From: Thermodesulfobacteriota bacterium | Lineage (GTDB): Bacteria > Desulfobacterota > BSN033 > UBA1163 | Direction of reading: 5' to 3' | DNA: 64,000 nucleotides | Assembly: GCA_035625415.1 (NCBI GenBank) | Contig: DASPPQ010000068.1 | Location: 23,590-87,589, forward strand | Part shown: piece after piece, positions 38,176 to 48,307 of the stretch | Layout of the letters: each line of letters starts with the position of its first letter | Position numbering within the stretch: the stretch's first letter is position 1 | Translations under genes and position numbers: made by a program | Notes under the pieces: model-generated | What the model was told of the DNA's origin: nothing | The model's database searches: none | The model's input: the letters and a program-made list of their open reading frames with translations, nothing else

Positions 38176-38721
38176 TTATCTTTTCTTTTTTGATTCCTCC
38201 CATAGTCGGTCCATTTCGATGAGGTTAGACTGGGAAAAGGATTTTCCTTCCTTGTGGAGGGAAATCTCAATATAATGAAAACGAGACACAAACTTGGCTA
38301 AAGCCTTTTTCAGCGCCTCCTCTGGGTGGATGCAGAGAATCCGCGAAACGTTTGCGATGACAAAAAGGAGATCCCCGATTTCCTCGCGAATCCTTCTCCT
38401 GTCCCGAAGCGAAAGGGCTTCTCTAAACTCTTTCATTTCTTCTTCCAATTTATTCAACACCCCTTCGATATTTGGCCAGTCAAATCCTACCCGGGAAGCC
38501 TTTTGTGTCAATTGGTAGGCTCGGGAAAGGGATGAGGAATCCCGAGATGTTCCTTCCAAAATAGATCTCCGTTCCTTTTTAAGATTCTTTCTCATCAACC
38601 GATGGGGGACCACTCCCTCCTTCTTTTTCTTCATTTTCGGCAAAGCCTCCAAGTCCCGTAATTCGTAGTCAAAACCCAAGACCCCAGGAATATCTCTGTC
38701 ATGCTGAAATTTTTTCAACAT
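38176..38721 (-). CDS. mazG: MazG-family nucleoside triphosphate pyrophosphohydrolase (short form)
   Basis: C-terminal 110 aa carry the MazG EExGDLLF-type motif (EEIGDLLFVIANVSRIL). The true start may be the internal Met at about 38595. Confidence 0.6.
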   Translation of the reverse strand: MLKKFQHDRDIPGVLGFDYELRDLEALPKMKKKKEGVVPHRLMRKNLKKERRSILEGTSRDSSSLSRAYQLTQKASRVGFDWPNIEGVLNKLEEEMKEFREALSLRDRRRIREEIGDLLFVIANVSRILCIHPEEALKKALAKFVSRFHYIEISLHKEGKSFSQSNLIEMDRLWEESKKKR

Positions 38722-38909
38722 CTCTCATTTTCGGTAACCCATAGATCCTGAACCAAGTTCAGGATGACGATTGCGGATTATGGCCGAGTAATGTGAGATT
38801 GCCAAGCTCCTGTTTTTATGTTATTTAACTACTTTTAAAATAAAGGATTTTTGATTTTTGGTCAATAAAGAGTAGCATTTGATAGAATAATGCTTGCGCA
38901 TAGGAAGGA

Positions 38910-41723
38910 ATGGTAATGGATTACCGTCACACATTAAATCTCCCTAAAACGGACTTCCCCATGAAGGCCAATTTGGCGAAAAGGGAACCTGAGATGCTGG
39001 CGGCCTGGGAGGCGATGGGAATCTATCGTCAAATCATCCAAGGGGCCAAAGGAAGGCCGAAATATATCCTTCACGATGGACCTCCCTATGCAAACGGAAA
39101 TATTCATATCGGGACCGCCTTGAACAAAATCCTAAAAGACTTCATCGTTAAATCGAAGTTCATGACCGGGTTTGACAGCCACTACGTTCCGGGATGGGAC
39201 TGCCATGGGTTACCCGTTGAACACGAAGTGGAAAAAGGCCTCGGCGCGAAAAAAGCCGGTCTCAGTATCGTCGAAATCCGGCGCAGATGCCGGGAGTACG
39301 CAGCAAAATTTGTCGGGATTCAGAAAAAGGAATTTAAGCGGCTCGGAGTTTTCGGGGAATGGGAAAATCCATATCTGACCATGAATTTTGAATATCAGGC
39401 AACCATTGTTCGAGAGTTCGGAAAGTTCCTTTTGGATGGCTTGGTTTACAAAGGAAAAAAGCCCGTCTACTGGTGTCCTACCTGCAAAACGGCTTTAGCT
39501 GAGGCCGAGGTAAAATACGAAGATATCCGTTCCTCCTCCATCTATGTGAAATTTAGAATGATCTCCGATATCGGGAGGGAGTTCCAAAGCCTCAGTGGAA
39601 AACCCGTTTTCGTCATCATTTGGACGACCACTCCCTGGACAATCCCGGCTAATTTGGCAATTGCACTCCATCCTGATTTCACTTATGCAGCAGTGGACGT
39701 GGGGGGTGAAGTCTACATCCTGGCAGAGGGTCTCTTGGAAGAGGTGATGAAGAAATTCGGAATCAAGACATATAAGGTATTGGAGAAATTTCCGGGGAAG
39801 AGATTAGAAGGACTGAAAGCCAGGCATCCCTTCCTCGACCGGGACTCCCTGATCATTCTTGCCTCCTACGTGACTTTGGACGCCGGAACAGGAAGTGTTC
39901 ACACCGCGCCCGGCCATGGTCAGGAGGACTATGAGAGTGGAGTGCAATATGGCCTGGAGGTCTACAGCCCGGTGGACGATGACGGCCGTTTTACCCCGGA
40001 TGTCCTTTTCTTTGCGGGACAGTTCGTTTTTGATGCGAACAACGCTGTAAATAAGAAGCTGGCCGAGGTCGGGGCACTCCTGAAAGAAGAGGTCATGGTG
40101 CATTCCTATCCCCATTGTTGGCGGACCAATGACCCGATTATCTTTCGAGCTACGGAGCAATGGTTCATTTCCATGGATAAGAAAGGATTGAGACAGAATG
40201 CTCTGAAAGCCATCGGTGAGGTGACCTGGATCCCTCCCTGGGGAAGGGATCGTATTCACGGGATGATTGAGAACCGACCGGATTGGTGTGTGTCCAGGCA
40301 GAGGGCCTGGGGCATTCCCATCACCGTTTATTACTGTTCGGCCTGCGAGCAACCCCTGATCAGTCGGCAGGTCATTGACCACACCGTCCGCCTTTTTGAG
40401 ACGGAGGGAGCGGACATCTGGTTTGAAGAGGGGACGAATCGCCTCTTGCCAAAAGGAACCCAATGTCCTGCATGCGGCGGAAAAGATTTTAAGAAGGAGA
40501 CGGATATTCTGGATGTCTGGTTTGACTCAGGAGTTTCCTATGCGGCGGTCCTGGAGAAACGGAAAGAGCTTGAGTATCCGGCCAGTCTTTATCTGGAGGG
40601 AAGCGATCAACACCGGGGATGGTTCCACAGCTCTCTTCTCACTTCTGTCGGCACGAGGGGTCGTGCTCCCTATCTCTCCGTTCTTACCCACGGGTTTGTC
40701 GTGGACGGAGAGGGGAAAAAGATGTCGAAGTCAGCGGGGAATGTGATCGCACCCGAAGAGGTGATCAATCAGCTAGGAGCCGATGTCCTGAGACTTTGGG
40801 TTGCGGCGGAGGATTACAAGGATGACATCAAGATCTCTAACGAAATCCTGAAACGGCTGGCGGATAGCTATTTCCGCATTCGAAATACGTACCGCTTTCT
40901 ATTAGGAAATCTCTACGACTTCCACCCCGAGAAAGACCGGGTTCCCTATCGTGACCTTGAAGAGATGGATCGATGGGCCCTCCATCGGCTCCAGAAAGTC
41001 ACCGCCAGAATTCGCGAGGCTTATGAACGGTTTGAATTCCATGTGGTCTACCACAGCGTTCAGAATTTTTGCGCCGTGGAGATGAGTGCCCTTTATTTCG
41101 ATATTTTGAAGGACCGGCTTTATACATTCCCCTCCGGATCCCGGGGCCGGAAATCGGCGCAGACCGCACTGTACGAAATTTTAGAGGTTTTGACTTGCCT
41201 CATGGCTCCCATTCTTTCGTTTACTTCGGAAGAGGTCTGGAAATATCTTCCTCAAAGACCGGACAAGGCTGAAAGTGTTCACCTGACTGCCTTTCCCGAA
41301 GTGCAGGGTGAATATCTGGACGATGCATTAAGTGAAAGGTGGGACCGGATCTGGGAGATTCGAGCCGTGGTGACCAAGGCTTTGGAAGAGGCCCGGAGGG
41401 AGAAGGTGATCGGGCTCTCGCTGGACGCACAAGTCCATGTCTATCTTCCTGAAAAGGTCTTTTCATTCCTTAAATCTTACGAGAAGGACCTAAAGTCAAT
41501 TTTTATCGTCTCCTCGGTCACCCTTCATCCCGCTGTCAACGGAACCGGGGATGAAAAGGAAACGAGGGTGGAAGTACTCCGGGCAGAGGGCAAGAAATGT
41601 GAGAGATGCTGGAATTACGAAGTGACTGTGGGGGAGCATCCGGAGCATCAGACGATCTGCGGCAGATGCGTCGAGGCGATCCAGGGAGCAAGCACCAAAT
41701 CCCAAGCACCAAACACCAAATAA
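38910..41723 (+). CDS. ileS: Isoleucine--tRNA ligase (type 1, Zn-finger C-terminus)
   Basis: PYANGNIHIGTALNKI (HIGH) and KKMSKSAGN (KMSKS). C-terminus CERCWNY...CGRCV. 937 aa. Confidence 0.95.
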   Translation: MVMDYRHTLNLPKTDFPMKANLAKREPEMLAAWEAMGIYRQIIQGAKGRPKYILHDGPPYANGNIHIGTALNKILKDFIVKSKFMTGFDSHYVPGWDCHGLPVEHEVEKGLGAKKAGLSIVEIRRRCREYAAKFVGIQKKEFKRLGVFGEWENPYLTMNFEYQATIVREFGKFLLDGLVYKGKKPVYWCPTCKTALAEAEVKYEDIRSSSIYVKFRMISDIGREFQSLSGKPVFVIIWTTTPWTIPANLAIALHPDFTYAAVDVGGEVYILAEGLLEEVMKKFGIKTYKVLEKFPGKRLEGLKARHPFLDRDSLIILASYVTLDAGTGSVHTAPGHGQEDYESGVQYGLEVYSPVDDDGRFTPDVLFFAGQFVFDANNAVNKKLAEVGALLKEEVMVHSYPHCWRTNDPIIFRATEQWFISMDKKGLRQNALKAIGEVTWIPPWGRDRIHGMIENRPDWCVSRQRAWGIPITVYYCSACEQPLISRQVIDHTVRLFETEGADIWFEEGTNRLLPKGTQCPACGGKDFKKETDILDVWFDSGVSYAAVLEKRKELEYPASLYLEGSDQHRGWFHSSLLTSVGTRGRAPYLSVLTHGFVVDGEGKKMSKSAGNVIAPEEVINQLGADVLRLWVAAEDYKDDIKISNEILKRLADSYFRIRNTYRFLLGNLYDFHPEKDRVPYRDLEEMDRWALHRLQKVTARIREAYERFEFHVVYHSVQNFCAVEMSALYFDILKDRLYTFPSGSRGRKSAQTALYEILEVLTCLMAPILSFTSEEVWKYLPQRPDKAESVHLTAFPEVQGEYLDDALSERWDRIWEIRAVVTKALEEARREKVIGLSLDAQVHVYLPEKVFSFLKSYEKDLKSIFIVSSVTLHPAVNGTGDEKETRVEVLRAEGKKCERCWNYEVTVGEHPEHQTICGRCVEAIQGASTKSQAPNTK

Positions 41724-41807
41724 GCTCCAATGAATAGAATTCAAGTTTCCAAAAGAAAAAGTCTCGGTCATTGGGATTTGGAATTTAGAATTTGGAATTT
41801 AAGCACC
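41688..41807. repeat. Imperfect palindromic element with CCAAAT arms (family copy D); left arm lies inside the ileS 3' end
   Basis: agcaagcaccaaatcccaagcaccaaacaccaaataa (last 11 codons of ileS) ... cattgggatttggaatttagaatttggaatttaagcacc. Confidence 0.6.
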
Positions 41808-41851
41808 TAATCAAGAAGGCTTTCGGTTCGTGAATAGACGTAGGTGTAAGG

Positions 41852-42370
41852 GTGGGCATGAAACGGAAATATTGGATCTTTTTGATTTTCTGTTTTGGAG
41901 TTCTGGCGCTCGACCAGTGGACCAAATATCTGATCGTGCAAAAACTGCGTCTCTATCAAAGCGTGCAGGTGATCGACGGATTCTTTAACATTGTCCAGGT
42001 GAGGAATACAGGCGGTGCTTTCGGAATTTTCGGAGGAGGAAAAGGAGGGATCGGTTCCATCCTCTTTGTGGTTGTTTCCCTGATTGCCATTGGGGCCATC
42101 GTTTTTCTCTTCGTTAAAACCAGGGAAAATGAAAAGACTCTCGCCCTCTCATTTTCTTTAATTCTGAGTGGCGCCCTGGGAAACCTCATCGACCGTCTCC
42201 ACTACGGGGAAGTTGTAGATTTCCTGGACTTTCATCTATCTACTTATCACTGGCCCGCCTTCAACGTAGCGGATTCGGCCATCTGCATCGGCATCGGGCT
42301 AATGGCGTTACAGGTATTGATCAGGGATCATAAGAAAAGAACCAAATCCAAAGCACCAAGCCCCAAATAG
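41852..42370 (+). CDS. lspA: Lipoprotein signal peptidase (signal peptidase II)
   Basis: LDQWTKYLIV...NTGGAFGIF...NLIDRL...DFLDF is the LspA pattern. Classic ileS-lspA linkage. Confidence 0.85.
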   Translation: MGMKRKYWIFLIFCFGVLALDQWTKYLIVQKLRLYQSVQVIDGFFNIVQVRNTGGAFGIFGGGKGGIGSILFVVVSLIAIGAIVFLFVKTRENEKTLALSFSLILSGALGNLIDRLHYGEVVDFLDFHLSTYHWPAFNVADSAICIGIGLMALQVLIRDHKKRTKSKAPSPK

Positions 42371-42380
42371 ACTCCAAAAA

Positions 42381-42842
42381 ATGCACCCCGTTCTGTTTCA
42401 ATTCGGAACTTTGCGCATTTACGCGTATGGGTTCTTCATCGCCGTGGGTTTTGTCTCCGCCGTGGTCCTTGCCACCTTGAAAATTCGAAAACCAAATACT
42501 GGGATTTCTTTTGAAAACATCGTGGATCTCTTCTTCTACACAGTCCTGTCAGCTCTTATCGGGTCGAGAGTGCTGTTTGTATTGATCAATTTTGACCTTT
42601 GCCGGAACCATCCGATGCAGATATTCAAGATATGGGAAGGAGGCTTGGTCTTTTACGGCGGGCTTGCCTTGGCTGTCATGGTGGCCTTCTGGTATATGAG
42701 GTGGAACCGGTTGCCCGTTTGGAAATTGGCTGATCTTGTTGGCCATTCCCTCTTTTTTTATGTTATTCTATATGAAGAAAAGATATCGGAGATACAAAGT
42801 TGGCTGTTCTTGAAATCGTTAAATATCCTCATCCGATCTTGA
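42381..42842 (+). pseudogene. lgt: Prolipoprotein diacylglyceryl transferase, N-terminal 40% only (C-terminal catalytic half deleted)
   Basis: Residues 1-125 align to Lgt (FGTLRIYAYGFFIAVGF...VWEGGLVFYGGLALAVM...ADLVGHSL). The reading frame then reads unrelated sequence into def. About 60 nt remain before the def start, so the G..NGEL.GR signature region is absent. Confidence 0.6.
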
Positions 42843-43315
42843 AGAGACGTTCCGAGAACGTAAGTGAGATCGATGGAGAATTAGAAAGATTAATTGAAGA
42901 CATGAAGGAGACCATGTACACGGCGGGTGGAGTCGGATTGGCTGCCTGCCAGGTCGGGGTTCCCCGAAGGGTGATCGTTCTCGATGTCAGTCCAATCGAT
43001 CCTCAATACAGTTTCTTCGCTATGATCAACCCGGAAATCATATCGGAAGAAGGGGAGATTGACCATGAGGAGGGATGTTTGAGCGTCCCGGATTGCTTGG
43101 AAAAGGTGAAAAGGAAGGAAAGGGTCTGTGTGAAGGGGTTGTCTCCACAAGGAACGGAGACGGAGATCAAAGTGGACGGCATATTGGCCATTGCGCTTCA
43201 ACATGAGATTGATCACACCAATGGCATCCTCATCCTGGACAGGGTGAGCCGGCTGAAGAGAGAAATCTATCGGAATAAATTGAAGAAAGAAAAGCGTAAG
43301 GAAGAAAAACGTTGA
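42800..43315 (+). CDS. def: Peptide deformylase
   Basis: GVGLAACQVG, EGCLS and HEIDH motifs. Confidence 0.9.
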   Translation: MAVLEIVKYPHPILKRRSENVSEIDGELERLIEDMKETMYTAGGVGLAACQVGVPRRVIVLDVSPIDPQYSFFAMINPEIISEEGEIDHEEGCLSVPDCLEKVKRKERVCVKGLSPQGTETEIKVDGILAIALQHEIDHTNGILILDRVSRLKREIYRNKLKKEKRKEEKR

Positions 43316-44256
43316 ACACACCGCCCTGGCGGATCGTTTTCATTGGGACACCATCCTTTGCACTTCCAGCTCTGAAATCTCTTTTAGAGGCACCCGATAA
43401 ACTGGTAGGTGTCGTGACCCAGCCGGACAGGAAGAAGGGAAGGGGAAGAAAAGCTGTTATTTCTCCCGTAAAGGAACTTGCCCTTCAGCATGGCCTTAAC
43501 CCTCTTCAGCCGGAACAGGCAAAGGAAGAAAGCTTTCGGAATGCGTTGAAGGATCTTCAACCGGATCTCATCGTTGTGGCGGCGTACGGTCAGATTTTGC
43601 CAAAATCGGTCTTAGATATCCCCAGATATGGCGCCGTCAATGTCCATGCTTCCCTACTTCCCAAGTATCGGGGAGCCGCTCCAATTTCCTGGGCTATCCT
43701 AAAGGGAGAGAAAGTGACAGGAGTGACGACGATGGCGATGGATGAGGGCATGGATACCGGGGACATCCTTTTACAGTCTGAGGTCACAATCGCTGAGGAG
43801 GATACATGTCAGACGCTCCACGATCGGCTAGCCTCTTTAGGAGCGCGGCTGCTGATAGAGACTCTCGATAAAATGAAGAAGGGACATATTCAGCCCCTTC
43901 CACAGGACCCTTCGAAAGCGACCTACGCTCCAGCGCTCAAAAAAGAGGATGGACACATTGATTGGAAAAAGGAGGCTGGAGAGATTGATCGTCAAGTCCG
44001 TGCCTTCAATCCGTGGCCCGGTGCGTTTACGAGATTGGACGACCGGCTATTAAGAATCTATAGAGGAGCAGTAAGGGAAAGACCGGTAACGGGGAAAACG
44101 GGTACTGTGGTCTGGGTGGGATCGGATTTCATAGAAGTGGAAGCAGGGAGGGATGCTTACGTCATCAAAGAAGTCCAATTGGAGGGAAGAAGGATAATGA
44201 GCATCCGGGAATTCCTTCCCGGGCATCTCATCCCCGTGGGAGCGGTCTTTCATTGA
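43312..44256 (+). CDS. fmt: Methionyl-tRNA formyltransferase
   Basis: N-terminal formyltransferase fold (IVFIGTPSFALPAL, HASLLPKYRGAAPI). ATGA overlap with def. Confidence 0.9.
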   Translation: MNTPPWRIVFIGTPSFALPALKSLLEAPDKLVGVVTQPDRKKGRGRKAVISPVKELALQHGLNPLQPEQAKEESFRNALKDLQPDLIVVAAYGQILPKSVLDIPRYGAVNVHASLLPKYRGAAPISWAILKGEKVTGVTTMAMDEGMDTGDILLQSEVTIAEEDTCQTLHDRLASLGARLLIETLDKMKKGHIQPLPQDPSKATYAPALKKEDGHIDWKKEAGEIDRQVRAFNPWPGAFTRLDDRLLRIYRGAVRERPVTGKTGTVVWVGSDFIEVEAGRDAYVIKEVQLEGRRIMSIREFLPGHLIPVGAVFH

Positions 44257-44398
44257 ATATGCGTTTCCTTTGCCCTCTCCGCCAGTTGGGAAAGGGGCGG
44301 CGCAAGGGAGAAAGCGGTTGCTCGACGGTCAGATTAATGATTGACAAAAGATCGCGTAATGATTATCCTCTCCGTTTAAGAAGGAGGTTGAGCTATCA

Positions 44399-45259
44399 AT
44401 GAATCAATTCAAGACATTCTTTTTGATGCTGGTTTTAACAGTTCTCCTTGTCCTGGTAGGGAGCGTCATCGGAGGAAGGAATGGGGCTATATACTTTTTC
44501 ATTTTCGCTGCCCTGATCAATTTCATCACCTATTGGTTTAGCGACAAGATCATTCTTCGGATGTATGGAGCAAAGGAAGTTTCTCAAAGCGAGGCGCCTG
44601 AGCTTTATCAGATCGTAGGAGAGCTAACGAACAAGGCGAGCTTGCCGATGCCGAAGGTCTATATTATGGAAAATGACGCTCCGAATGCCTTCGCGACAGG
44701 GAGAAATCCAGAACACGCAGCGGTAGCGGTCACAACCGGTATTTTGAGAATCCTTTCTACGGATGAACTAATGGGCGTCATTGGGCATGAGCTCTCCCAT
44801 ATTCGACATCGGGATATGCTGATTGGCACGGTTGCCGCCACAATCGCTGGCGCGATCACGATGCTCGCCAGGGTCGCCCAGTTTGGAGCCATTTTTGGAG
44901 GGATGAGATCGGATGACGATGAAGGAGGCGGAGGAGGAAACTTCCTGTTCGTTCTCCTTTTCTCTATCGTTGCTTCGTTTGCAGCTTTACTGATTCAGAT
45001 GGCCATTTCTCGGTCCAGGGAATATTTAGCCGATGAGGGCGGAGCGCATCTCAGCAATCCCCTCTCTTTAGCAAAAGCTCTGGGCAAATTAGAAGTGGCC
45101 GCTCAGAGGATTCCCATGGATGCCAATCCTTCTACCGCTCATATGTTCATCGTCAACCCGCTGAGAGGGGGAGGAGTTCTTTCTCTCTTTAGCACCCATC
45201 CGCCGATTGAGGAGCGGATCGCCAAACTCGAGGAGATGGCGAGGACGGGAAGGTTTTGA
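44399..45259 (+). CDS. htpX: Membrane zinc metalloprotease HtpX (M48)
   Basis: [10 protein letters not shown] (HExxH) with flanking TM helices. 286 aa. Confidence 0.85.
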   Translation: MNQFKTFFLMLVLTVLLVLVGSVIGGRNGAIYFFIFAALINFITYWFSDKIILRMYGAKEVSQSEAPELYQIVGELTNKASLPMPKVYIMENDAPNAFATGRNPEHAAVAVTTGILRILSTDELMGVIGHELSHIRHRDMLIGTVAATIAGAITMLARVAQFGAIFGGMRSDDDEGGGGGNFLFVLLFSIVASFAALLIQMAISRSREYLADEGGAHLSNPLSLAKALGKLEVAAQRIPMDANPSTAHMFIVNPLRGGGVLSLFSTHPPIEERIAKLEEMARTGRF

Positions 45260-45307
45260 CCGGCAAGTGCCCTGCGGCCCAATCTTTCCGAGGGCAAAGG
45301 GCACAAT

Positions 45308-46705
45308 ATGAGTGGCAATTCATTCCCGGGAAGTTCCGTCATTATGGGAGCTTCGAAAAAGACCCCAAGGGCGATCTGCCTCGACATCCTGAATTGGGTT
45401 GAGGAGGCGGATCTTCATCCAGACCGTCTTCTTACGGACTCATTCAAACGCTACCGCCACCTTACTTTGCTTGACCGCTCTTTCCTCACGGAATTGACTT
45501 ATGGGACTATTCGCTGGCGTGGAAAGCTCGATTGGGTGATCCATCATTTTTCGAAAATCCCTTTCGAGAAGATTGAATTAGAAACTCTCAATATCCTCCG
45601 CCTCGGGGTCTACCAAATCCTTTTTTTGTCAAGAACCCCTTCCTCGGCTGCTGTGAACGAGTCAGTAGCGTTGGCTAAACGAATACGAGGAAGAGGAGGA
45701 GCAGGCTTTGTCAACGCCGTGCTCCGTTCCTCCATCCGTCAGAAAGACGAAATCCGCTATCCGGGCATCACCGAAGATCCAGCGCTCCATCTCTCCGTCG
45801 TCCAATCGCATCCGCTCTGGTTAGTTCAGAGATGGATCAAGGAGATGGGTGTCGAAGAAACTGTTCGCATCTGCGCGTTCAACAATCAGATCTCCTCCCT
45901 GACGCTCCGAGCCAACACCTTGAAGATAAATCGAAAAGACCTCATGGCAAAGTTAGGGAGAGAAGGGTTAGAATCACTTCCGACCGCTTATTCGAAAGAG
46001 GGAATTATGCTACCAGACCCTCCCCCCGTATCAGAACTTCCGTTCCTTAAACGAGGCTTTTACGTGATTCAGGACGAGGCCTCCCAACTGGTCACTTCCA
46101 TATTGGGTCCAAAGCCGGGAGAACGAATCCTTGATGCCTGTGCTGCTCCGGGTGGAAAGACCACTCATACGGCTCAAGAAATGGGAAACCAGGGAAAAAT
46201 CTATGCCCTGGATCTTAGTAAGGGAAAGTTGGAATTAATCGAAGAAATATGTGAAAGATTGGGGATAGGGATAGTCACCTTGCTCAAGGGAGACGCCGCT
46301 ACATCTCTTCCTCTCTCCAAAGACTTAGTGTTCGATCGGGTTTTGGCAGATGTTCCTTGTTCAGGGTTTGGAACGCTTCGCAAGAACCCTGATCTGAAAT
46401 GGAGAAGAGAGGAGAAGGACATCCGGAGATTGAGCGAACGACAGCTTTCGATATTGGCTAATCTTTCGACCTATGTAAAAGAAAGAGGCATCTTGACTTA
46501 TAGCACCTGCACGGTCTTTCATGAAGAGAATGAGGATGTGGTCGAGAAATTCTTGGAGGGACATCCGGCATTCAAACTCGATCGGATTGATAACGACCTT
46601 TCAGAAAAATGGCGCCCGTTGATCCAAAACGGATATTTGAAAACCTTTCCCCCTAAAAATGAAATGGATGGGTTCTTTGCGGCGCGGTTGAGAAAAGAAT
46701 CTTAA
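45308..46705 (+). CDS. rsmB: 16S rRNA (cytosine967-C5)-methyltransferase RsmB
   Basis: NusB-like N-terminus, SAM-binding DACAAPGGKT, catalytic DVPCSGFGTLRKNPD. def-fmt-rsmB linkage. Confidence 0.8.
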   Translation: MSGNSFPGSSVIMGASKKTPRAICLDILNWVEEADLHPDRLLTDSFKRYRHLTLLDRSFLTELTYGTIRWRGKLDWVIHHFSKIPFEKIELETLNILRLGVYQILFLSRTPSSAAVNESVALAKRIRGRGGAGFVNAVLRSSIRQKDEIRYPGITEDPALHLSVVQSHPLWLVQRWIKEMGVEETVRICAFNNQISSLTLRANTLKINRKDLMAKLGREGLESLPTAYSKEGIMLPDPPPVSELPFLKRGFYVIQDEASQLVTSILGPKPGERILDACAAPGGKTTHTAQEMGNQGKIYALDLSKGKLELIEEICERLGIGIVTLLKGDAATSLPLSKDLVFDRVLADVPCSGFGTLRKNPDLKWRREEKDIRRLSERQLSILANLSTYVKERGILTYSTCTVFHEENEDVVEKFLEGHPAFKLDRIDNDLSEKWRPLIQNGYLKTFPPKNEMDGFFAARLRKES

Positions 46706-46724
46706 TCAGAAAAACAAGTGGGCA

Positions 46725-47342
46725 ATGCAAGAGATTCACTATTTGATTAAGGGATTCATCGTCGGATTATCCATTTCCGTTCCGGTGGGTCCTATCGGGA
46801 TATTATGTATCCGACGGACTCTGGCGCAAGGCCGTATGGTGGGATTTCTTTCAGGCCTGGGAGCGGCTACGGCCGATGCCTTTTACGGAGCCATCGCCGG
46901 TTTCGGACTGACCTTTCTTGTTGATTTTCTAATCGGTAAGCAGTATTGGCTTCATCTGATCGGGGGCGGGCTGCTTATTATCCTGGGTGTAAAGACATTT
47001 CTCTCTAAACCTGCCGAAGAAGGGGTCCCCGTGGAACGGAACAGCCCTTGGCATGCATATCTTTCAACCCTTTTTCTAACCCTCACGAATCCCATGACCA
47101 TTATCTTCTTTGCGGCCGTTTTCGCCGGACTGGGAGTCGGAAGCGAGGGCGATCACTTTCTATTAGCAGGAATGTTGGTGACGGGGATTTTCGTCGGCTC
47201 TGCAATGTGGTGGCTCGTTCTGTGCGGCTTCACCGGTCTATTGCAGAAACTGCTCAATCTCAAGAGATTGCAGTGGCTAAACAGAATCTCGGGTTTGATC
47301 ATTTTAGGTTTTGGCTTGTTTGCGCTATTGGGTTTGCTGTAA
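46725..47342 (+). CDS. LysE/RhtB-family amino-acid exporter
   Basis: 205 aa, six TM helices. N-terminus GFIVGLSISVPVGPIGILCIRRTL is typical of LysE/YggA. Confidence 0.7.
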   Translation: MQEIHYLIKGFIVGLSISVPVGPIGILCIRRTLAQGRMVGFLSGLGAATADAFYGAIAGFGLTFLVDFLIGKQYWLHLIGGGLLIILGVKTFLSKPAEEGVPVERNSPWHAYLSTLFLTLTNPMTIIFFAAVFAGLGVGSEGDHFLLAGMLVTGIFVGSAMWWLVLCGFTGLLQKLLNLKRLQWLNRISGLIILGFGLFALLGLL

Positions 47343-47412
47343 TAAGGAAGTCAGCTTAATTTCATTGAATAAACGTTGGGATTTAATAATATTGTCTAAC
47401 AGATGTACGGTT

Positions 47413-47440
47413 GTAGGGTGCGTTCCCAGAACGCGCTGTC
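47413..47440 (+). repeat. Imperfect REP-like GTAGGG hairpin upstream of rpe
   Basis: gtaggg tgcgttc cca gaacgcgc. The 6-bp stem is conserved, the rest diverges. Confidence 0.3.
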
Positions 47441-47469
47441 ACAGCTCATAGAGTAAACGGGAGGTTCGA

Positions 47470-48123
47470 TTGAAAAAAATAGCGCCTTCGATTTTATCGG
47501 CGGATTTCAGCCGGCTCGGTGAGGAGGTCAGGGCAGTCGAAAAGGCTGGGGCGGATGTGATCCATGTCGATGTGATGGATGGGCATTTCGTTCCGAACAT
47601 CACCATCGGCCCTTTGGTTGTGGAGGGACTGAGGAAGTTAACCTCACGGCCTCTCGATGTGCATTTAATGATCGAAAACCCTGATCGCTATATTGAAGCC
47701 TTTGCTCAGGCGGGCGGCGATTGGATAACGATTCATGCTGAGGTGTGCCCCCATCTCAAGAGGACAATCAAGAAGATTCGCGGGCTGAATGTGAGGCCGG
47801 GTGTCGTGCTTAAGCCTGCAACTTCGTTGAACGTCCTTCATACCGTTCTTGAGGATGTGGACTTAGTCCTGGTTATGTCGGTTAACCCCGGGTTTGGCGG
47901 GCAATCGTTTATTCCTTCCACGCTGAAAAAGATTGAACGGTTGAGAAAAATGGTCGATCAAAACCGCCACCCGCTGGAAATAGAGGTGGATGGAGGAGTC
48001 AAAATCGAGAACATCAGGAGGGTCTCAGCAGCCGGCGGAGACATCTTCGTTGTTGGTACGGGCATCTTTAAGACCGAAAGCTACGAAGAGACTATAAAGA
48101 AGTTGAGAGAAGAAATTGGGTGA
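47470..48123 (+). CDS. rpe: Ribulose-phosphate 3-epimerase
   Basis: IAPSILSADFSRLGEEV...HVDVMDGHFVPN...DGGV. TTG start. Confidence 0.9.
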   Translation: MKKIAPSILSADFSRLGEEVRAVEKAGADVIHVDVMDGHFVPNITIGPLVVEGLRKLTSRPLDVHLMIENPDRYIEAFAQAGGDWITIHAEVCPHLKRTIKKIRGLNVRPGVVLKPATSLNVLHTVLEDVDLVLVMSVNPGFGGQSFIPSTLKKIERLRKMVDQNRHPLEIEVDGGVKIENIRRVSAAGGDIFVVGTGIFKTESYEETIKKLREEIG

Positions 48124-48129
48124 CGGAAG

Positions 48130-48282
48130 TACCAAGTTCCAAGCACCAAATCCCAAATAAATTTCAATCACCAAAATCCGAAAAGCCGGGATGGTCATTT
48201 GAGATTGAAATTTGGGCGTAGGGAACGGTTTCAAACCGTTCCCTAAAGGTATTTGGAATTTGTGATTTGGGATTTAAGACAA
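48130..48282. repeat. Imperfect palindromic element with CCAAAT arms (family copy F) enclosing a central REP-like hairpin (48218-48245)
   Basis: accaagttccaagcaccaaatcccaaataaatttcaatcaccaaaatccg ... gtaggg aacggtt tca aaccgtt ccc ... ggtatttggaatttgtgatttgggatttaag. Confidence 0.6.
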
Positions 48283-48307
48283 CCATGGTTCGCACTTACT
48301 CTACGCG

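Noticed and set aside
38722-38909. Looked for a T-box or attenuator leader upstream of ileS
   Set aside because: No T-box motif (AGGGTGGNACCGCG) or specifier/antiterminator pair was seen. Only a 9-bp hairpin atcctgaac-caa-gttcaggat (38745-38765) with no U-run.
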